From NCBI GenBank assembly GCA_964641935.1, contig CAZXMK010000001.1, forward strand, positions 1-47,279: DNA of 47,279 nucleotides. Reading direction: 5' to 3'. Numbering within the stretch: the first letter of the stretch is position 1; the number at the start of each line of letters is the position of its first letter. The translations under genes and the position numbers were made by a program. This DNA is from an uncultured Syntrophaceae bacterium (GTDB taxonomy: Bacteria > Desulfobacterota > Syntrophia > Syntrophales > PHBD01). This document shows positions 1 through 9,185 of this stretch, in pieces. The notes under the pieces were generated by a model, which was not told the origin of the DNA, made no database searches, and saw nothing but the letters and a program-made list of their open reading frames with translations.

Positions 1-207
1 GCAGACCACATCTCCCTTTTTCACACCAAGCTTTTCCAGACCTCCCGCAAGTCTGTGGATCCGTTCGTTCAGCTGGCGATATGTCAGGCGGAGCTTGTCC
101 CGATAGACGATCTCATGGTTCGGTGCAAAAACCAGGGGCATTTCGAGGATGTGCTTGATGAGGAGTTGATAATGATAATGCTGTCCCGGCTCATAGGTTG
201 CCGACAT
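1..207 (-). CDS. AMP-dependent acyl-CoA synthetase/ligase, N-terminal 69 codons only (runs off the window start)
   Basis: Not in the ORF track. My translation from ATG at 207 gives MSATYEPGQHYHYQLLIKHILEMPLVFAPNHEIVYRDKLRLTYRQLNERIHRLAGGLEKLGVKKGDVVC, a typical fatty-acid-CoA ligase N-terminus. A GGAGG Shine-Dalgarno sits just upstream (about 213-221). Confidence 0.6.
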   Translation of the reverse strand, partial: MSATYEPGQHYHYQLLIKHILEMPLVFAPNHEIVYRDKLRLTYRQLNERIHRLAGGLEKLGVKKGDVVC

Positions 208-284
208 TGGAATTCCCTCCTCTGGCGGAAAGCCGGGAACGGCCCCCCCGAGCCGTTCCCGGGATATGAATGCGGACGTTACCC

Positions 285-1142
285 TTACTTGTAATTAAAA
301 ACGCCCTTCCCCACCTTTCGACCATATCGGCCTGCCCGGACGAGCTGTACCAGAAGCGGCGCCGGACGGTATTTATCTCCCAGTTCGCGATGGAGTCCTT
401 CAATAACGCGCAGGAGCGTCTCATTGCCCACCAGGTCCGAAAGGGCCAGGGGACCGATGGGATGGTTGCAGCCCAGGACCATCCCCTTGTCGACGTCCTC
501 AGCGCTGGCGAGCCCTTCGCCGAGCACAAAGAATGCCTCGTTCAGCATCGTGCAGAGGATCCGATTGACCACGAAGGCGGGAGCCTCTTTCACAACCACC
601 AGTTCCTTTCCGATTTTCTTTCCCCAGGCCTCGGCTGCCGCAAGGGTCTCCGCGCTCGTTTCATACCCCTTGATGATCTCCAGGAGCTTCATGACCGGAA
701 CGGGGTTGAAGAAGTGCGTACCGATGAACTTGTCGGGCCGCTTCGTCACTGCCGCCATCTCCGTGATGCTCAGGCCCGATGTATTGGTGAAGAACAGGCA
801 GTGGGCCGGAACGATTTCTTCCAACTCCGCATAGACTTTCTTCTTCACGTCCATGACCTCAATGACCACCTCGACAACGATGTCAGCATTGGCGGCGGCT
901 TCCTTCATGTCCAGGGTCGGTTTGATCCGGCCCAGAACGGCATTCATGTCATCCTGGGTCCGTTTGCCCTTCTCCACTTCTTTGGCCAGGTTCTTCCGAA
1001 TCGTATTCATGCCCCCGTCAATGAAGCGCTGCTCGATGTCCCTGAGGGTGACCGAATACCCTGCCTGGGCACATACCTGCGCAATTCCATTGCCCATGAG
1101 ACCTGCACCCAGCACACAAATGTTCTTGATCTCCATCTTCAA
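285..1142 (-). CDS. hbd: 3-hydroxybutyryl-CoA / 3-hydroxyacyl-CoA dehydrogenase (NAD-binding)
   Basis: 285 aa. N-terminal Rossmann motif [12 protein letters not shown], then [13 protein letters not shown] and a C-terminal [13 protein letters not shown] block, all typical of Hbd/HADH. Confidence 0.9.
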   Translation of the reverse strand: MKMEIKNICVLGAGLMGNGIAQVCAQAGYSVTLRDIEQRFIDGGMNTIRKNLAKEVEKGKRTQDDMNAVLGRIKPTLDMKEAAANADIVVEVVIEVMDVKKKVYAELEEIVPAHCLFFTNTSGLSITEMAAVTKRPDKFIGTHFFNPVPVMKLLEIIKGYETSAETLAAAEAWGKKIGKELVVVKEAPAFVVNRILCTMLNEAFFVLGEGLASAEDVDKGMVLGCNHPIGPLALSDLVGNETLLRVIEGLHRELGDKYRPAPLLVQLVRAGRYGRKVGKGVFNYK

Positions 1143-1283
1143 CCTCCTTCCCGTGATTATGCGCAGACCGTACCCGCCTTCTGCGGATCGATCGTTGCTG
1201 ATGAAGTGGATTCTGGATGGGCCGTGAAAGCCGGAAAGCTTTCGCTGTCGGTCCCTTGCAGACCGACGTGACGAAGGTCTGCC

Positions 1284-1305
1284 GGAACGGGTGGAACGGG
1301 TGGAC
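1284..1305. repeat. Tandem 9-mer GGAACGGGT x2 plus a partial third copy, in the hbd upstream region
   Basis: Direct reading: GGAACGGGT GGAACGGGT GGAC. It is flanked by a 7-bp hairpin (1258-1282) and a T6 run. Confidence 0.8.
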
Positions 1306-1426
1306 TTTTTTCGGCCGTTGGACTACATGCTTTCCATCACATGCGCCGGTGTCTATAACATATTCACCAACCTGTGACAACGTCATGATTGACATTTCAA
1401 TCAAGATGCATGCGATTTTCTAGAGA

Positions 1427-1951
1427 GTGTCTATGCACGTCATCCTGGATGGTTACAATGTCATCCGGCAGTCCGACCTTTTAAGATCCTTTGAACGGAG
1501 GAGCCTCGAGGAGGCACGCTCCGCACTGGTCCGTCTTGCGGCGGCCTACCAACGGAAGAAAGGCCACCGCGTCACCGTCGTTTTTGACGGCTGGTCCGGC
1601 GGATTTCCGCTGGAAGAACGCGACCGGTACGGAAATATCGACATTATCTATTCCCGGAAAGGAGAAAAGGCCGACGAAGTCATCAAGCGAATGGTCCATC
1701 GCAGCGGCGAGGAAACCATTGTCGTCACATCCGACCGGGACGTGGCGGATTATGCGAATCGCCATGGGGGAAGCGCCGTTTCCTCACAGGACTTTGAGCC
1801 CATTCTGACGGATGCCTCTCCGGAAGCAGGCTTGACTGTCGGATCAGACAATCTCGGCGAGGAAGAAGATCGTCCGTCCAAGGCAAAAGGTCCCTCACGG
1901 CGTCCGTCGAAGAGGGAGAAGGCTTATAAGTCTCGATTTCGCAAGCTATGA
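1427..1951 (+). CDS. NYN-domain (YacP/Rae1-like) predicted ribonuclease with a basic C-terminal tail
   Basis: 174 aa. VILDGYNVIR ... VTVVFDG ... IVVTSDRDV matches the YacP-like NYN fold pattern. The C-terminus is Lys/Arg rich. Start is GTG 1427 or ATG 1433. Confidence 0.7.
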   Translation: MSMHVILDGYNVIRQSDLLRSFERRSLEEARSALVRLAAAYQRKKGHRVTVVFDGWSGGFPLEERDRYGNIDIIYSRKGEKADEVIKRMVHRSGEETIVVTSDRDVADYANRHGGSAVSSQDFEPILTDASPEAGLTVGSDNLGEEEDRPSKAKGPSRRPSKREKAYKSRFRKL

Positions 1952-1968
1952 CTGGCAGGCTGTTGAAA
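1949..1968. repeat. Copy 1 of a 20-nt perfect direct repeat TGACTGGCAGGCTGTTGAAA
   Basis: Exact 20-mer also found at 2088-2107. It starts on the stop codon of the NYN gene and is followed by a related GGCCGC(C)TGCG segment. Confidence 0.85.
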
Positions 1969-2087
1969 CGGCCGCCTGCGGCGTTCCCCTCGTCCTTCGC
2001 CATTCGACGTACCAAGGGGCACGACTCATGACCCAGGACTTCGGGAGCCTTGCATCCATCCACTTTTGAACCGCCTGAAAAACCGAT

Positions 2088-2107
2088 TGACTGGCAGGCT
2101 GTTGAAA
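2088..2107. repeat. Copy 2 of the 20-nt perfect direct repeat TGACTGGCAGGCTGTTGAAA
   Basis: Identical to 1949-1968, offset by 139 nt. It lies in the convergent gap between the NYN gene and holA. Confidence 0.85.
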
Positions 2108-2157
2108 TGGGGCCGCTGCGTCAGCCCTGAGATGCCTGACGGGGAGAAGGAGGTCTG

Positions 2158-3522
2158 TCAGCGGGAGCAGACCCTGATCAGAAAACGTTCCAGCATGTGC
2201 CTGGGGTTGCGGGCAGTCGACTTCAAGGCCAGGTCCATCGCTGCCAGTTCGGATATCCAGGCATTCAGATCGCTGTCGGAGAATGAGCGGGCGTTCCGCA
2301 GTGCCAGATAGATAACGTACGGATGCTGGCTCCGGAAACCACCCTCCGGTGGGGAGGAACCGACACCCGCCCGCAGGGCGGGATACACGGCACGCTGAAA
2401 GTCATGGTACTCCATATCGGCCCGATAAGCGGGCGGAAGCTGCCCGGACCGGAGAAAAAGGGCGGCACCCCGGAGATTCCGAATCTCCCGGGCGACCATG
2501 GAGAGGATGAAGACGGGCGATTCTCCTCTCAAGAAGAGTTCGTCGAGGGTCAACAGGCATTGGGAAAGATCCCTGGCCGCCAGGGCCGTTGTCAGGTCAA
2601 AGACCGTGTCCTCCTTTGTTTTACCGACGGCTTCTTCCACGTCACGTGCTTCGATGATCGCCCGCTCTCCCGTATAGGCAATCAGCTTTTCCACCATCTT
2701 CAGGGATTCACGGAGCTGGAAACCGGTTTTCCGCCCGACGGCAAGCAAAGCGTCACCAGCCAGCCTCTTGCCTGTCCCCGCCAGAAGATCCTCGACGGAC
2801 CTGGCAAGGGATTGTTTTTGTTTCGTCTCCCCCTTCACCTGCGCAAAGGTCAAAACCCGGCTCTTTTCACTGATGATCTTGAACAGCCTCATCCGGCGGT
2901 CCGCCGCCGGCGCCGTCAGGATCAGACAGACGTCGTCCGGCGGTCCGGAACGAAAAAAGGCCTCCAGACGTTCCGCACCGTCTGCAGATGAAGATGCCGT
3001 CACCCCGATCCGCTCGCACATCTCCAGGAGTCGGGGGAGCCAGGAAGAGAGATCCCGGGCGGCATCCGCGCCGGCAAAGCGAATCCATTCATCCGTGGAC
3101 AGATTTTTCCAGCCGCCGTCTTTCAGATCGTTCGTCTGCAGACCGCTGATCGTAAGAAACTGGGAAAAGGCCTGTACGGCCTTAGTCGGACTGCGATCCA
3201 TGAGTTCCCGGACTTTCTGAATCAGATGTGGAGTCGTGGCGGACGACTGAAACAGCCTGGTGTTCTTTACGATCACCACCTTGCGGCCGGGGATAAGTGC
3301 GGGGGTGTTCAGTTGCTCAAGGATGCGCGACGGGCTTTCCTGCTCTCCGTCAAGAATGAAGAGACTCCATTCCCGATCGGATTCCGGAACCAGTTCGTTG
3401 ACGATCTTCTGGAGCGCATCCTGGATGAGAAATTCTTCATCGCCCAGGAGCAGATAGCAGGAAGCGACGGTCCCCTGTCGGATTTCCCGAAGGACGCCCG
3501 TCAACGAATCTCTGGTCTCCAT
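2158..3522 (-). CDS. holA: DNA polymerase III delta subunit (long form, 454 aa)
   Basis: N-terminus CYLLLGDEEFLIQDALQKIV, plus a C-terminal block TVFDLTTALAARDLSQCLLTLDELFLRGESPVFILSMVAREIRNL that fits the HolA pattern. Confidence 0.72.
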   Translation of the reverse strand: METRDSLTGVLREIRQGTVASCYLLLGDEEFLIQDALQKIVNELVPESDREWSLFILDGEQESPSRILEQLNTPALIPGRKVVIVKNTRLFQSSATTPHLIQKVRELMDRSPTKAVQAFSQFLTISGLQTNDLKDGGWKNLSTDEWIRFAGADAARDLSSWLPRLLEMCERIGVTASSSADGAERLEAFFRSGPPDDVCLILTAPAADRRMRLFKIISEKSRVLTFAQVKGETKQKQSLARSVEDLLAGTGKRLAGDALLAVGRKTGFQLRESLKMVEKLIAYTGERAIIEARDVEEAVGKTKEDTVFDLTTALAARDLSQCLLTLDELFLRGESPVFILSMVAREIRNLRGAALFLRSGQLPPAYRADMEYHDFQRAVYPALRAGVGSSPPEGGFRSQHPYVIYLALRNARSFSDSDLNAWISELAAMDLALKSTARNPRHMLERFLIRVCSR

Positions 3523-3600
3523 GACTTTTTCCCCTGAAAAGGGAACTGTGGATATGCCGGATCTTCCCTCGGGAAGGGATGTGCGGAACGCAGGACAGGT

Positions 3601-4254
3601 TCAGAGGATGACGAATTTCTGGATATGCCTGACGGCATCCTCCGGGTCATCCGTGATTTTCAAAAGCCCCAGGTCCTCTGGATCGATTTTTCCTTCTTTC
3701 ACCATCACCTTCTTGAGCCAGTCCAGCAGCCCCTGCCAATAGGCCCGGCCCAGCAGGATGACGGGAAAGCTTCGGATTCTCTTCGTCTGAATCAGCGTGA
3801 GGGCCTCGAAAAGCTCATCCATGGTGCCGAAACCGCCGGGGAAAATGACATAGGCCACGGCATATTTCACAAACATCACCTTCCTGACGAAGAAATACTT
3901 GAAGTCAAGACTGACATTCGCGTATTGGTTCGGCTTTTGCTCATATGGAAGGTGGATATTCAACCCGACGGATTTGCCACCCGCAGCAGCGGCTCCTTTA
4001 TTCGCCGCTTCCATGATCCCGGGACCACCACCGGTGATTACCCCGAACCCTTCTTCCGCCAGCCTCCGGGCGAGGATTTCCGCCTTCTCGTAATAGGGAT
4101 CGGAGGGTGTCAGGCGGGCTGAACCGAAGATGGTGACCGCATGCTTCACCTTGGAGAGGGACTCGATTGCCTCGACAAATTCCGCCATGATGCGGAAGAT
4201 GCGCCACGACTCATCGATGGACAGAGCGTCTACAAGATACTGCTTTTCATCCAT
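3601..4254 (-). CDS. LOG family protein (TIGR00730-type, cytokinin riboside 5'-monophosphate phosphoribohydrolase-like)
   Basis: 217 aa with ITGGGPGIMEAANKGA and the signature PGGFGTMDELFE. Confidence 0.85.
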   Translation of the reverse strand: MDEKQYLVDALSIDESWRIFRIMAEFVEAIESLSKVKHAVTIFGSARLTPSDPYYEKAEILARRLAEEGFGVITGGGPGIMEAANKGAAAAGGKSVGLNIHLPYEQKPNQYANVSLDFKYFFVRKVMFVKYAVAYVIFPGGFGTMDELFEALTLIQTKRIRSFPVILLGRAYWQGLLDWLKKVMVKEGKIDPEDLGLLKITDDPEDAVRHIQKFVIL

Positions 4255-4343
4255 CCCGACCTCCCCCGGGGAAGAAATTCCGCGCAGGTCCCTGGACCGA
4301 AGGCAGCCGGCTCATTCCGTCCCTGATGCGACCACTCCCTGTT

Positions 4344-4541
4344 TCAGGAATGGCGACGGCGCTGCACCTTCGCAAAACGACGACGGGCTTCGATGGCTTT
4401 TCTCTTCCGCCTTACGGAGGGTTTTTCATAGGCCCGACGCAATTTCAGCTCCTTGAACAAGCCGCTCTTGGAAAGCTTGTTCTTGAGAATCTTCAAGGCC
4501 TTTTCCACATCGTTGTCAAATACCTTTACTTCCAAGGCCAT
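4344..4541 (-). CDS. rpsU: 30S ribosomal protein S21
   Basis: 65 aa, very basic. The run EKALKILKNKLSKSGLFKELKLRRAYEKPSVRRKRK is typical of S21. Confidence 0.95.
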   Translation of the reverse strand: MALEVKVFDNDVEKALKILKNKLSKSGLFKELKLRRAYEKPSVRRKRKAIEARRRFAKVQRRRHS

Positions 4542-4660
4542 CCATCCTTTCTTGTCATGGTTTACTCATTCCTGTTTCCCCGAATCCAGTTGATCCGGCC
4601 TCAGCAATCCTAATATTATTCTTTATTCCAATAGGTTAGCCAGAATCGGGCATCGGGCAC

Positions 4661-4689
4661 AAAAAAAGGGCAGTACGGCGCATCTGTCC
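4661..4689 (-). terminator. Candidate intrinsic terminator downstream of hisC
   Basis: The minus strand reads GGACAG-loop-CTGCCC (one mismatch) followed directly by T7. A second stem TACGGCAC/GCGCCGTA overlaps it. Confidence 0.45.
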
Positions 4690-4740
4690 TTATCGTGCCG
4701 TAAACCACCCTTTGACGCCGAGTATTCTAGATCACGCTCC

Positions 4741-5811
4741 TTATCGGCCCGAAACGAGAACGCTCCTGACAATTCTCAGGAACTCCCCGTTTTCTTTTCG
4801 CGTCCCGATCGTTACGCGAATGCCGCTGGCTCCCCCCGGCCGGACGATTTTCTTGACAAGAACACCCTCCCGGAGGAGCGCATCATATATGTCATCCTCT
4901 CGGAATTTGCAACAGAAAAATATGAAATTGGCATCCGTCGGATATGCCTGCACACCCTTGATGGAATGCAGAGATCGCATCAGCCTCTCCCGTTCCCGGC
5001 GGATTCTGGCGACCTGTTCGAGAAAGACCGTTTCATGTTCCAGATAGAAGGCCGCCGCAACCTGGGAGAGTGCATTCAGGTTATATGGCAGACGGACTTT
5101 GTTCAATTCCCGCACCAGTTCCGGAGCAGCGATTAAGAAACCGACCCTCATCGCGGCCAGGCCTATCTTGGACAGGGTTCTTAAAATCACAAGCCGGTCG
5201 TACTGTCTCAGCTTTGGGAGAAACGTTCTGCCGGAAAAATAATAATATGCCTCATCCACAACGACCACTCCAGGGGAGGCCTGGATCAGGCGTTCCACCC
5301 GTTCTGCATCAAAGCAGGCACCGGTCGGATTGTTCGGATAACTCAGGAACGTAATGGCCGGCTTCTCGGTTTCCAACAACCGCTCCATCCTATTAAAATC
5401 AAGATCACCCTGTCCATCCAGGGGAACATCGAAAACCCGGAGTCCGTTATTCATAGCCGAAATCCGATACATGGCAAATGTGGGCACCGGGATCAGGATC
5501 GCCGCACCGGGTCGTGCCATGGCCGTGCATAGAATTGCAATAGCCTCGTCGGATCCGTTGCCGATCAGGATCATGTCTTCCCCGACTCCGAAATACTTCG
5601 CATAGGCCTTCCGGAGGCGAAGAGAACCAGGTTCCGGGTAGTGATGGAGGTCAACGGCCTTCATGGCAGCGAACAGCATGCTTCGCACCCGCGAGGGAAG
5701 CGGATAGGGGTTCTCGTTCGCATCCAGCTTGATTCTTGCGGGCGTATCCTCGATGGAATAAGCCTGCTGGCCGGCCACTTCATCCCGAATCAGGGACAGC
5801 GCAGTTTTCAT
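4741..5811 (-). CDS. hisC: Histidinol-phosphate aminotransferase
   Basis: Class II aminotransferase pattern (KLDANENPYP, YPNNPTG, LRTLSKIGLAAMRVG with the PLP lysine). I prefer ATG 5811, which has AGGAG 9 nt upstream, over the track start 5847. Confidence 0.9.
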   Translation of the reverse strand: MKTALSLIRDEVAGQQAYSIEDTPARIKLDANENPYPLPSRVRSMLFAAMKAVDLHHYPEPGSLRLRKAYAKYFGVGEDMILIGNGSDEAIAILCTAMARPGAAILIPVPTFAMYRISAMNNGLRVFDVPLDGQGDLDFNRMERLLETEKPAITFLSYPNNPTGACFDAERVERLIQASPGVVVVDEAYYYFSGRTFLPKLRQYDRLVILRTLSKIGLAAMRVGFLIAAPELVRELNKVRLPYNLNALSQVAAAFYLEHETVFLEQVARIRRERERLMRSLHSIKGVQAYPTDANFIFFCCKFREDDIYDALLREGVLVKKIVRPGGASGIRVTIGTRKENGEFLRIVRSVLVSGR

Positions 5812-5815
5812 GTAT

Positions 5816-6706
5816 TCATTCTCCTGCCGGAATTCCTGAAGGAGCACCCTTCTGACGCCTCTCGCGCCCGATTCGCTCCACCAGGGTCAATTCCCTTTCC
5901 GTCAAGTCCGATCCGGTAAAAGAAATCCCCCACTCCAGGATAAATGCATCTTCCAGGCAACGGCTCAGTGTCATTGGTGTTTCATCCCCTGCGGGCCGAT
6001 AATCACGAATGCAGGTCACCGAATCCGAAAGCGATCGGACCTGCGCCACAGAATCCCCGGTGGTACAGAGAATCTCCACAGTCCTTTCCGCGTTGAAACC
6101 GATCAGAATCGATCCGTGCTGGAGAAAAGCCCCCCCGGACCGTGCCTGGGCGCTGCCGCAGATCTTGCGGCCGTTTACAAGCAGCTCATAGCGCGACGGC
6201 TTGGCAAAGCAGGAAGCATTCATCAACGCCCCTGGTGAAGGCCTGCCTGATTCCGCATAATCCACCGGGATCCCCCAGTCCTTGAGAGCCCTGCCCAGGC
6301 ATCGGCTTATCGCAAGGTAGGTTTGCAGGATTCCGGGCTCAAAACGTCCTTCCTGGCGGGCGATCACGGCATAGGTCAGATCGTCCTCGTGCAGGACGGC
6401 CTTCCCTCCGGTGGGGCGACGAACGACGTCAATTCCGAAACGTCTGCAGGCGTCAAGATTGACATCTAAGTGGAGGTCCTGAAAATATCCAAGGGAAATG
6501 GATGGTCGACGCCACCCGTAGAATCGGATCGTCGGTGGCGAACGGTGGTCCTGAACTTCACGGAAAATGGCCTCGTCGATGGCCATGTTTTCGAATGCCG
6601 AGTGAACCTGATAGTGAAGGATTCTCCATGAAGACAAGGAAATCTCAGCCCGCCTCCCCTTCCTCGGCAATAAAGTCCTGGTATCCCCTGGCATCCAGAA
6701 GATCAT
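5816..6706 (-). CDS. Lipoate-protein ligase A / octanoyltransferase LipM-like (BPL/LplA/LipB catalytic domain)
   Basis: NMAIDEAIF ... PTIRFYGW ... RRPTGGKAVLHEDDLTY ... CFAKPSRYELLVNGRKICGSAQAR. The true start is uncertain: the ORF overlaps the end of gcvH, and an in-frame TTG at 6637 is an alternative. Confidence 0.75.
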   Translation of the reverse strand: MIFWMPGDTRTLLPRKGRRAEISLSSWRILHYQVHSAFENMAIDEAIFREVQDHRSPPTIRFYGWRRPSISLGYFQDLHLDVNLDACRRFGIDVVRRPTGGKAVLHEDDLTYAVIARQEGRFEPGILQTYLAISRCLGRALKDWGIPVDYAESGRPSPGALMNASCFAKPSRYELLVNGRKICGSAQARSGGAFLQHGSILIGFNAERTVEILCTTGDSVAQVRSLSDSVTCIRDYRPAGDETPMTLSRCLEDAFILEWGISFTGSDLTERELTLVERIGRERRQKGAPSGIPAGE

Positions 6707-7043
6707 CCAGTTCTTCGGGATCCTTCATGGCAACAACGATCATCCACCCCGTATCATGGGCGTCACTGTTGATGATTCCGATGTCATCGGACAGGTCTTC
6801 ATTGACGTGAACGACGTCACCCGTCACGGGAGAAATCAGCTCCACCACACCCTTTACCGCTTCAATGGTACCGAAGGGCTCATCCCGTTCAACCTCATCC
6901 TCTGGATCAGGCAATTCAATGGCATGCACTTCACCAAGCCTCTCCTGGGCGTAATCGGTGATCCCCACCGTTGCCAGGTCGCCTTCGACACGAACCCAGA
7001 GATGCTCCCGGCTATAGAACAAATCATCAGGAAATACTTTCAT
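6645..7043 (-). CDS. gcvH: Glycine cleavage system H protein (lipoyl carrier)
   Basis: YSREHLWVRVEGDLATVGITDYAQERLGEVHAIELP ... IEAVKGV contains the lipoyl-lysine motif. I prefer the start at Met23 of the track ORF (MKVFPDDL). Confidence 0.9.
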   Translation of the reverse strand: MKVFPDDLFYSREHLWVRVEGDLATVGITDYAQERLGEVHAIELPDPEDEVERDEPFGTIEAVKGVVELISPVTGDVVHVNEDLSDDIGIINSDAHDTGWMIVVAMKDPEELDDLLDARGYQDFIAEEGEAG

Positions 7044-7119
7044 ATAAAGGCCCCTATCGTAAGAATTTTCCATTGTTGAGCCGGCCAAGGATTGCCTCGT
7101 CCGGCACAACGATGCATCG

Positions 7120-8205
7120 CTACAGAATTTTCACTTCCTTTGGAACTCGGGAAAGGATCTCGATTCCATCGCGTTGGACCATCACCATTTCCTCAATCCG
7201 TATGCCCCATTTTCCCGGAAAATAAACGCCCGGTTCGACCGTTACCACCATCCCCTCTTCAAGCACCTCATCGGACCGTGATGACAGTCGGGGCGCCTCG
7301 TGAACGTCCAGTCCGACGCCATGCCCCGTTCCATGGGAGAAAAACGGTCCCCACCCGGCCCGTTCAATCCTCTGACGCGCCCTGCCGTCCACCTCCCTGC
7401 AGGGAACACCGGGACGGACTGCGTCCAGCGCCTCCAGAAGAGCCTCTCTCACAACCGTGTATGCCTTTTTCTTTTCCGGGTCCAATGGCCCCACGAAAAC
7501 CGTCACGGTCTCGTCGGAGCAATAGCCCTCGAAGATCGACCCGCAATCGATGATCACGGCATCACCGTCCTGAATGCGGCGAGGTCCCGGCGCAGCGTGC
7601 GGAAGCGCCGAATTTTCACCGGAAGCCGCTATGATCGGGAAAGAAGGGCCATCCGAGCCGTTCTTTCGCAGCAGGTACTCAAGTTCGGCAGCAAGCTCCC
7701 GTTCGCTCACTCCAGGCACGATCCGGGGGAAAAGTGCCATAACGGAATTCGAAGAAATGGCGGCGGCCCTCCGCATGAGATCGACTTCGCCATCCTCCTT
7801 GACAGCCCTGAGACGTTGAACTTCCTCTCCGAGGGGAGAAAGATTCCTGTCACCGGAGGATTTCTTCAAGGACAGGTAAAGATCCACGGACAGAGCGGAG
7901 GCGTCGAAGCCAAAGTCCCGTTGTCCTCCATCCGGTAATGCCTCCAGGAGACCCGTTACCTTGTCCTCGAACAGCCTGATCTCCACGCCGTCCGCCTGAC
8001 CGTCCGCCTGCGTTTTATAGCGGCCGTCCACCAGGAGAATCGTCCGATCAGGCAACAACAGGAGCACTCCATCACTTCCGGAAAAACCAGAAAGATAACG
8101 GATTGTACGCAGATTAAAAAAAACGATCCCGTCGAGATGGAGCTCCGGGAGCATAGATCGGACCCGGGCCTGCCGGTTACGGTGGGAACTGCCCTCACGT
8201 TCCAT
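7120..8205 (-). CDS. pepP: M24 family Xaa-Pro aminopeptidase/dipeptidase
   Basis: 361 aa with a creatinase-like N-domain. Metal ligand blocks are DCGSIFEGYCSDETVT, HGTGHGVGLDVHE and VTVEPGVY. Confidence 0.85.
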   Translation of the reverse strand: MEREGSSHRNRQARVRSMLPELHLDGIVFFNLRTIRYLSGFSGSDGVLLLLPDRTILLVDGRYKTQADGQADGVEIRLFEDKVTGLLEALPDGGQRDFGFDASALSVDLYLSLKKSSGDRNLSPLGEEVQRLRAVKEDGEVDLMRRAAAISSNSVMALFPRIVPGVSERELAAELEYLLRKNGSDGPSFPIIAASGENSALPHAAPGPRRIQDGDAVIIDCGSIFEGYCSDETVTVFVGPLDPEKKKAYTVVREALLEALDAVRPGVPCREVDGRARQRIERAGWGPFFSHGTGHGVGLDVHEAPRLSSRSDEVLEEGMVVTVEPGVYFPGKWGIRIEEMVMVQRDGIEILSRVPKEVKIL

Positions 8206-8869
8206 GGGATTTCAGCCTGTTAATATTATTGAGCCAGCGGGCAAGTTCCTCAGCCAGTCTCCTCCCCGAGCCTGCGCCTCCCCCTGCATGTTCTTTCGGA
8301 AGCGCTTCCAGTCTCATTCTGGCCTCCTCGTGATCCGGATCCCGCTTCAGGATATCTTCCAGAACGATCCGGGACATGTCCGAATGCCCCTGGCGGGCAT
8401 AAAGATCGGCCAGAGTTACAGTCCAGAACTGGCGGTCAATTTCTTCGATGCGGACATGAGGACGGTCCGAATCGTTTTCCGCCGACTGGTTCGGATTGCC
8501 AGCATCACTGATCCTGGCTGCAATCTCTTCCGCTTCGGATGCATCCGGATCAAGATACAGGAACTTCCGGTAAAAGCGGGCTGCATCGTCCAGACGTCCC
8601 TTCCTGGCAAAAGAGTCACCCGCCTCAAGATAGATTCTGGCTGTGAAACGAATCCAGCGATCAATTTCATGGATCCACTGCTCGGCGGCGTCCAGGTCAT
8701 CCATGCCCAGTAGAGCTCGGCAGAGGACAATTCTCCCCTCGATGTCGGACGGGAGGCGGGCCAGGTTCTCTTCCGCAAGCCGACGGGCACTGTCATAGCG
8801 ACCTTGCTCGAGCAGTAGTTCCGCTTCTTCCAGAAACAGAGAGCTTCCTTGAACGTCTCCTGGTTTCAT
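8195..8869 (-). CDS. Tetratricopeptide-repeat protein
   Basis: 224 aa with repeated A/L/Y-rich helical pairs (YDSARRLAEENL, YLEAGDSFARKGRLDDAARFYRKFLYLDPD, LADLYARQGHSDMSRIVLEDILKRDPDHEEA). Overlaps pepP by 11 nt. Confidence 0.6.
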   Translation of the reverse strand: MKPGDVQGSSLFLEEAELLLEQGRYDSARRLAEENLARLPSDIEGRIVLCRALLGMDDLDAAEQWIHEIDRWIRFTARIYLEAGDSFARKGRLDDAARFYRKFLYLDPDASEAEEIAARISDAGNPNQSAENDSDRPHVRIEEIDRQFWTVTLADLYARQGHSDMSRIVLEDILKRDPDHEEARMRLEALPKEHAGGGAGSGRRLAEELARWLNNINRLKSHGT

Positions 8870-9185
8870 CGATCAATGTATTCGAAATGCTTATGTTTTT
8901 AGCCACAAAATACGGCTCGGCGAACGCTAGCATAGCCCCCCCGGGGTGTCAAGGAGGAAATCTCCACAACTCAAGGAGATATGCGTGTCGATAAAGAGAG
9001 AAAGCCGCGGTTTGGTGAAAATGCCGACCAAATGGTGAAAACCCCCGGTTGTATTGCTTTCAAGCAGGTTATGATCGCCTTTGCAGAAAAATCCATACAT
9101 ATAATTACACCATATATTACAGTAGCTTCGGTACAGTGGAAATGAATGTGGGGGGTGATGGTCTGACAATTGCAGGGCTTGTCAC

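Noticed and set aside
7044-7119. A glycine riboswitch upstream of gcvH.
   Set aside because: Only 76 nt separate the pepP stop from the gcvH start. That is too short for a glycine aptamer, and none of its conserved core is visible.
9081-9105. A perfect TATAAT box (9100-9105) with TTGCAG upstream, considered as a promoter for the riboswitch operon.
   Set aside because: The spacer is only 13 nt, and no acceptable -35 lies at 16-18 nt. I could not identify the operon promoter with confidence.
8981-9145. An unlisted 54-codon plus ORF (MRVDKERKPRFGENADQMVKTPGC...) ending 40 nt before the aptamer.
   Set aside because: The AAGGAG is only 2 nt from the ATG, which is too close. There is no recognisable family and no way to test conservation here. 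I kept it only as a possible leader peptide or unannotated small gene to check with ribosome profiling.
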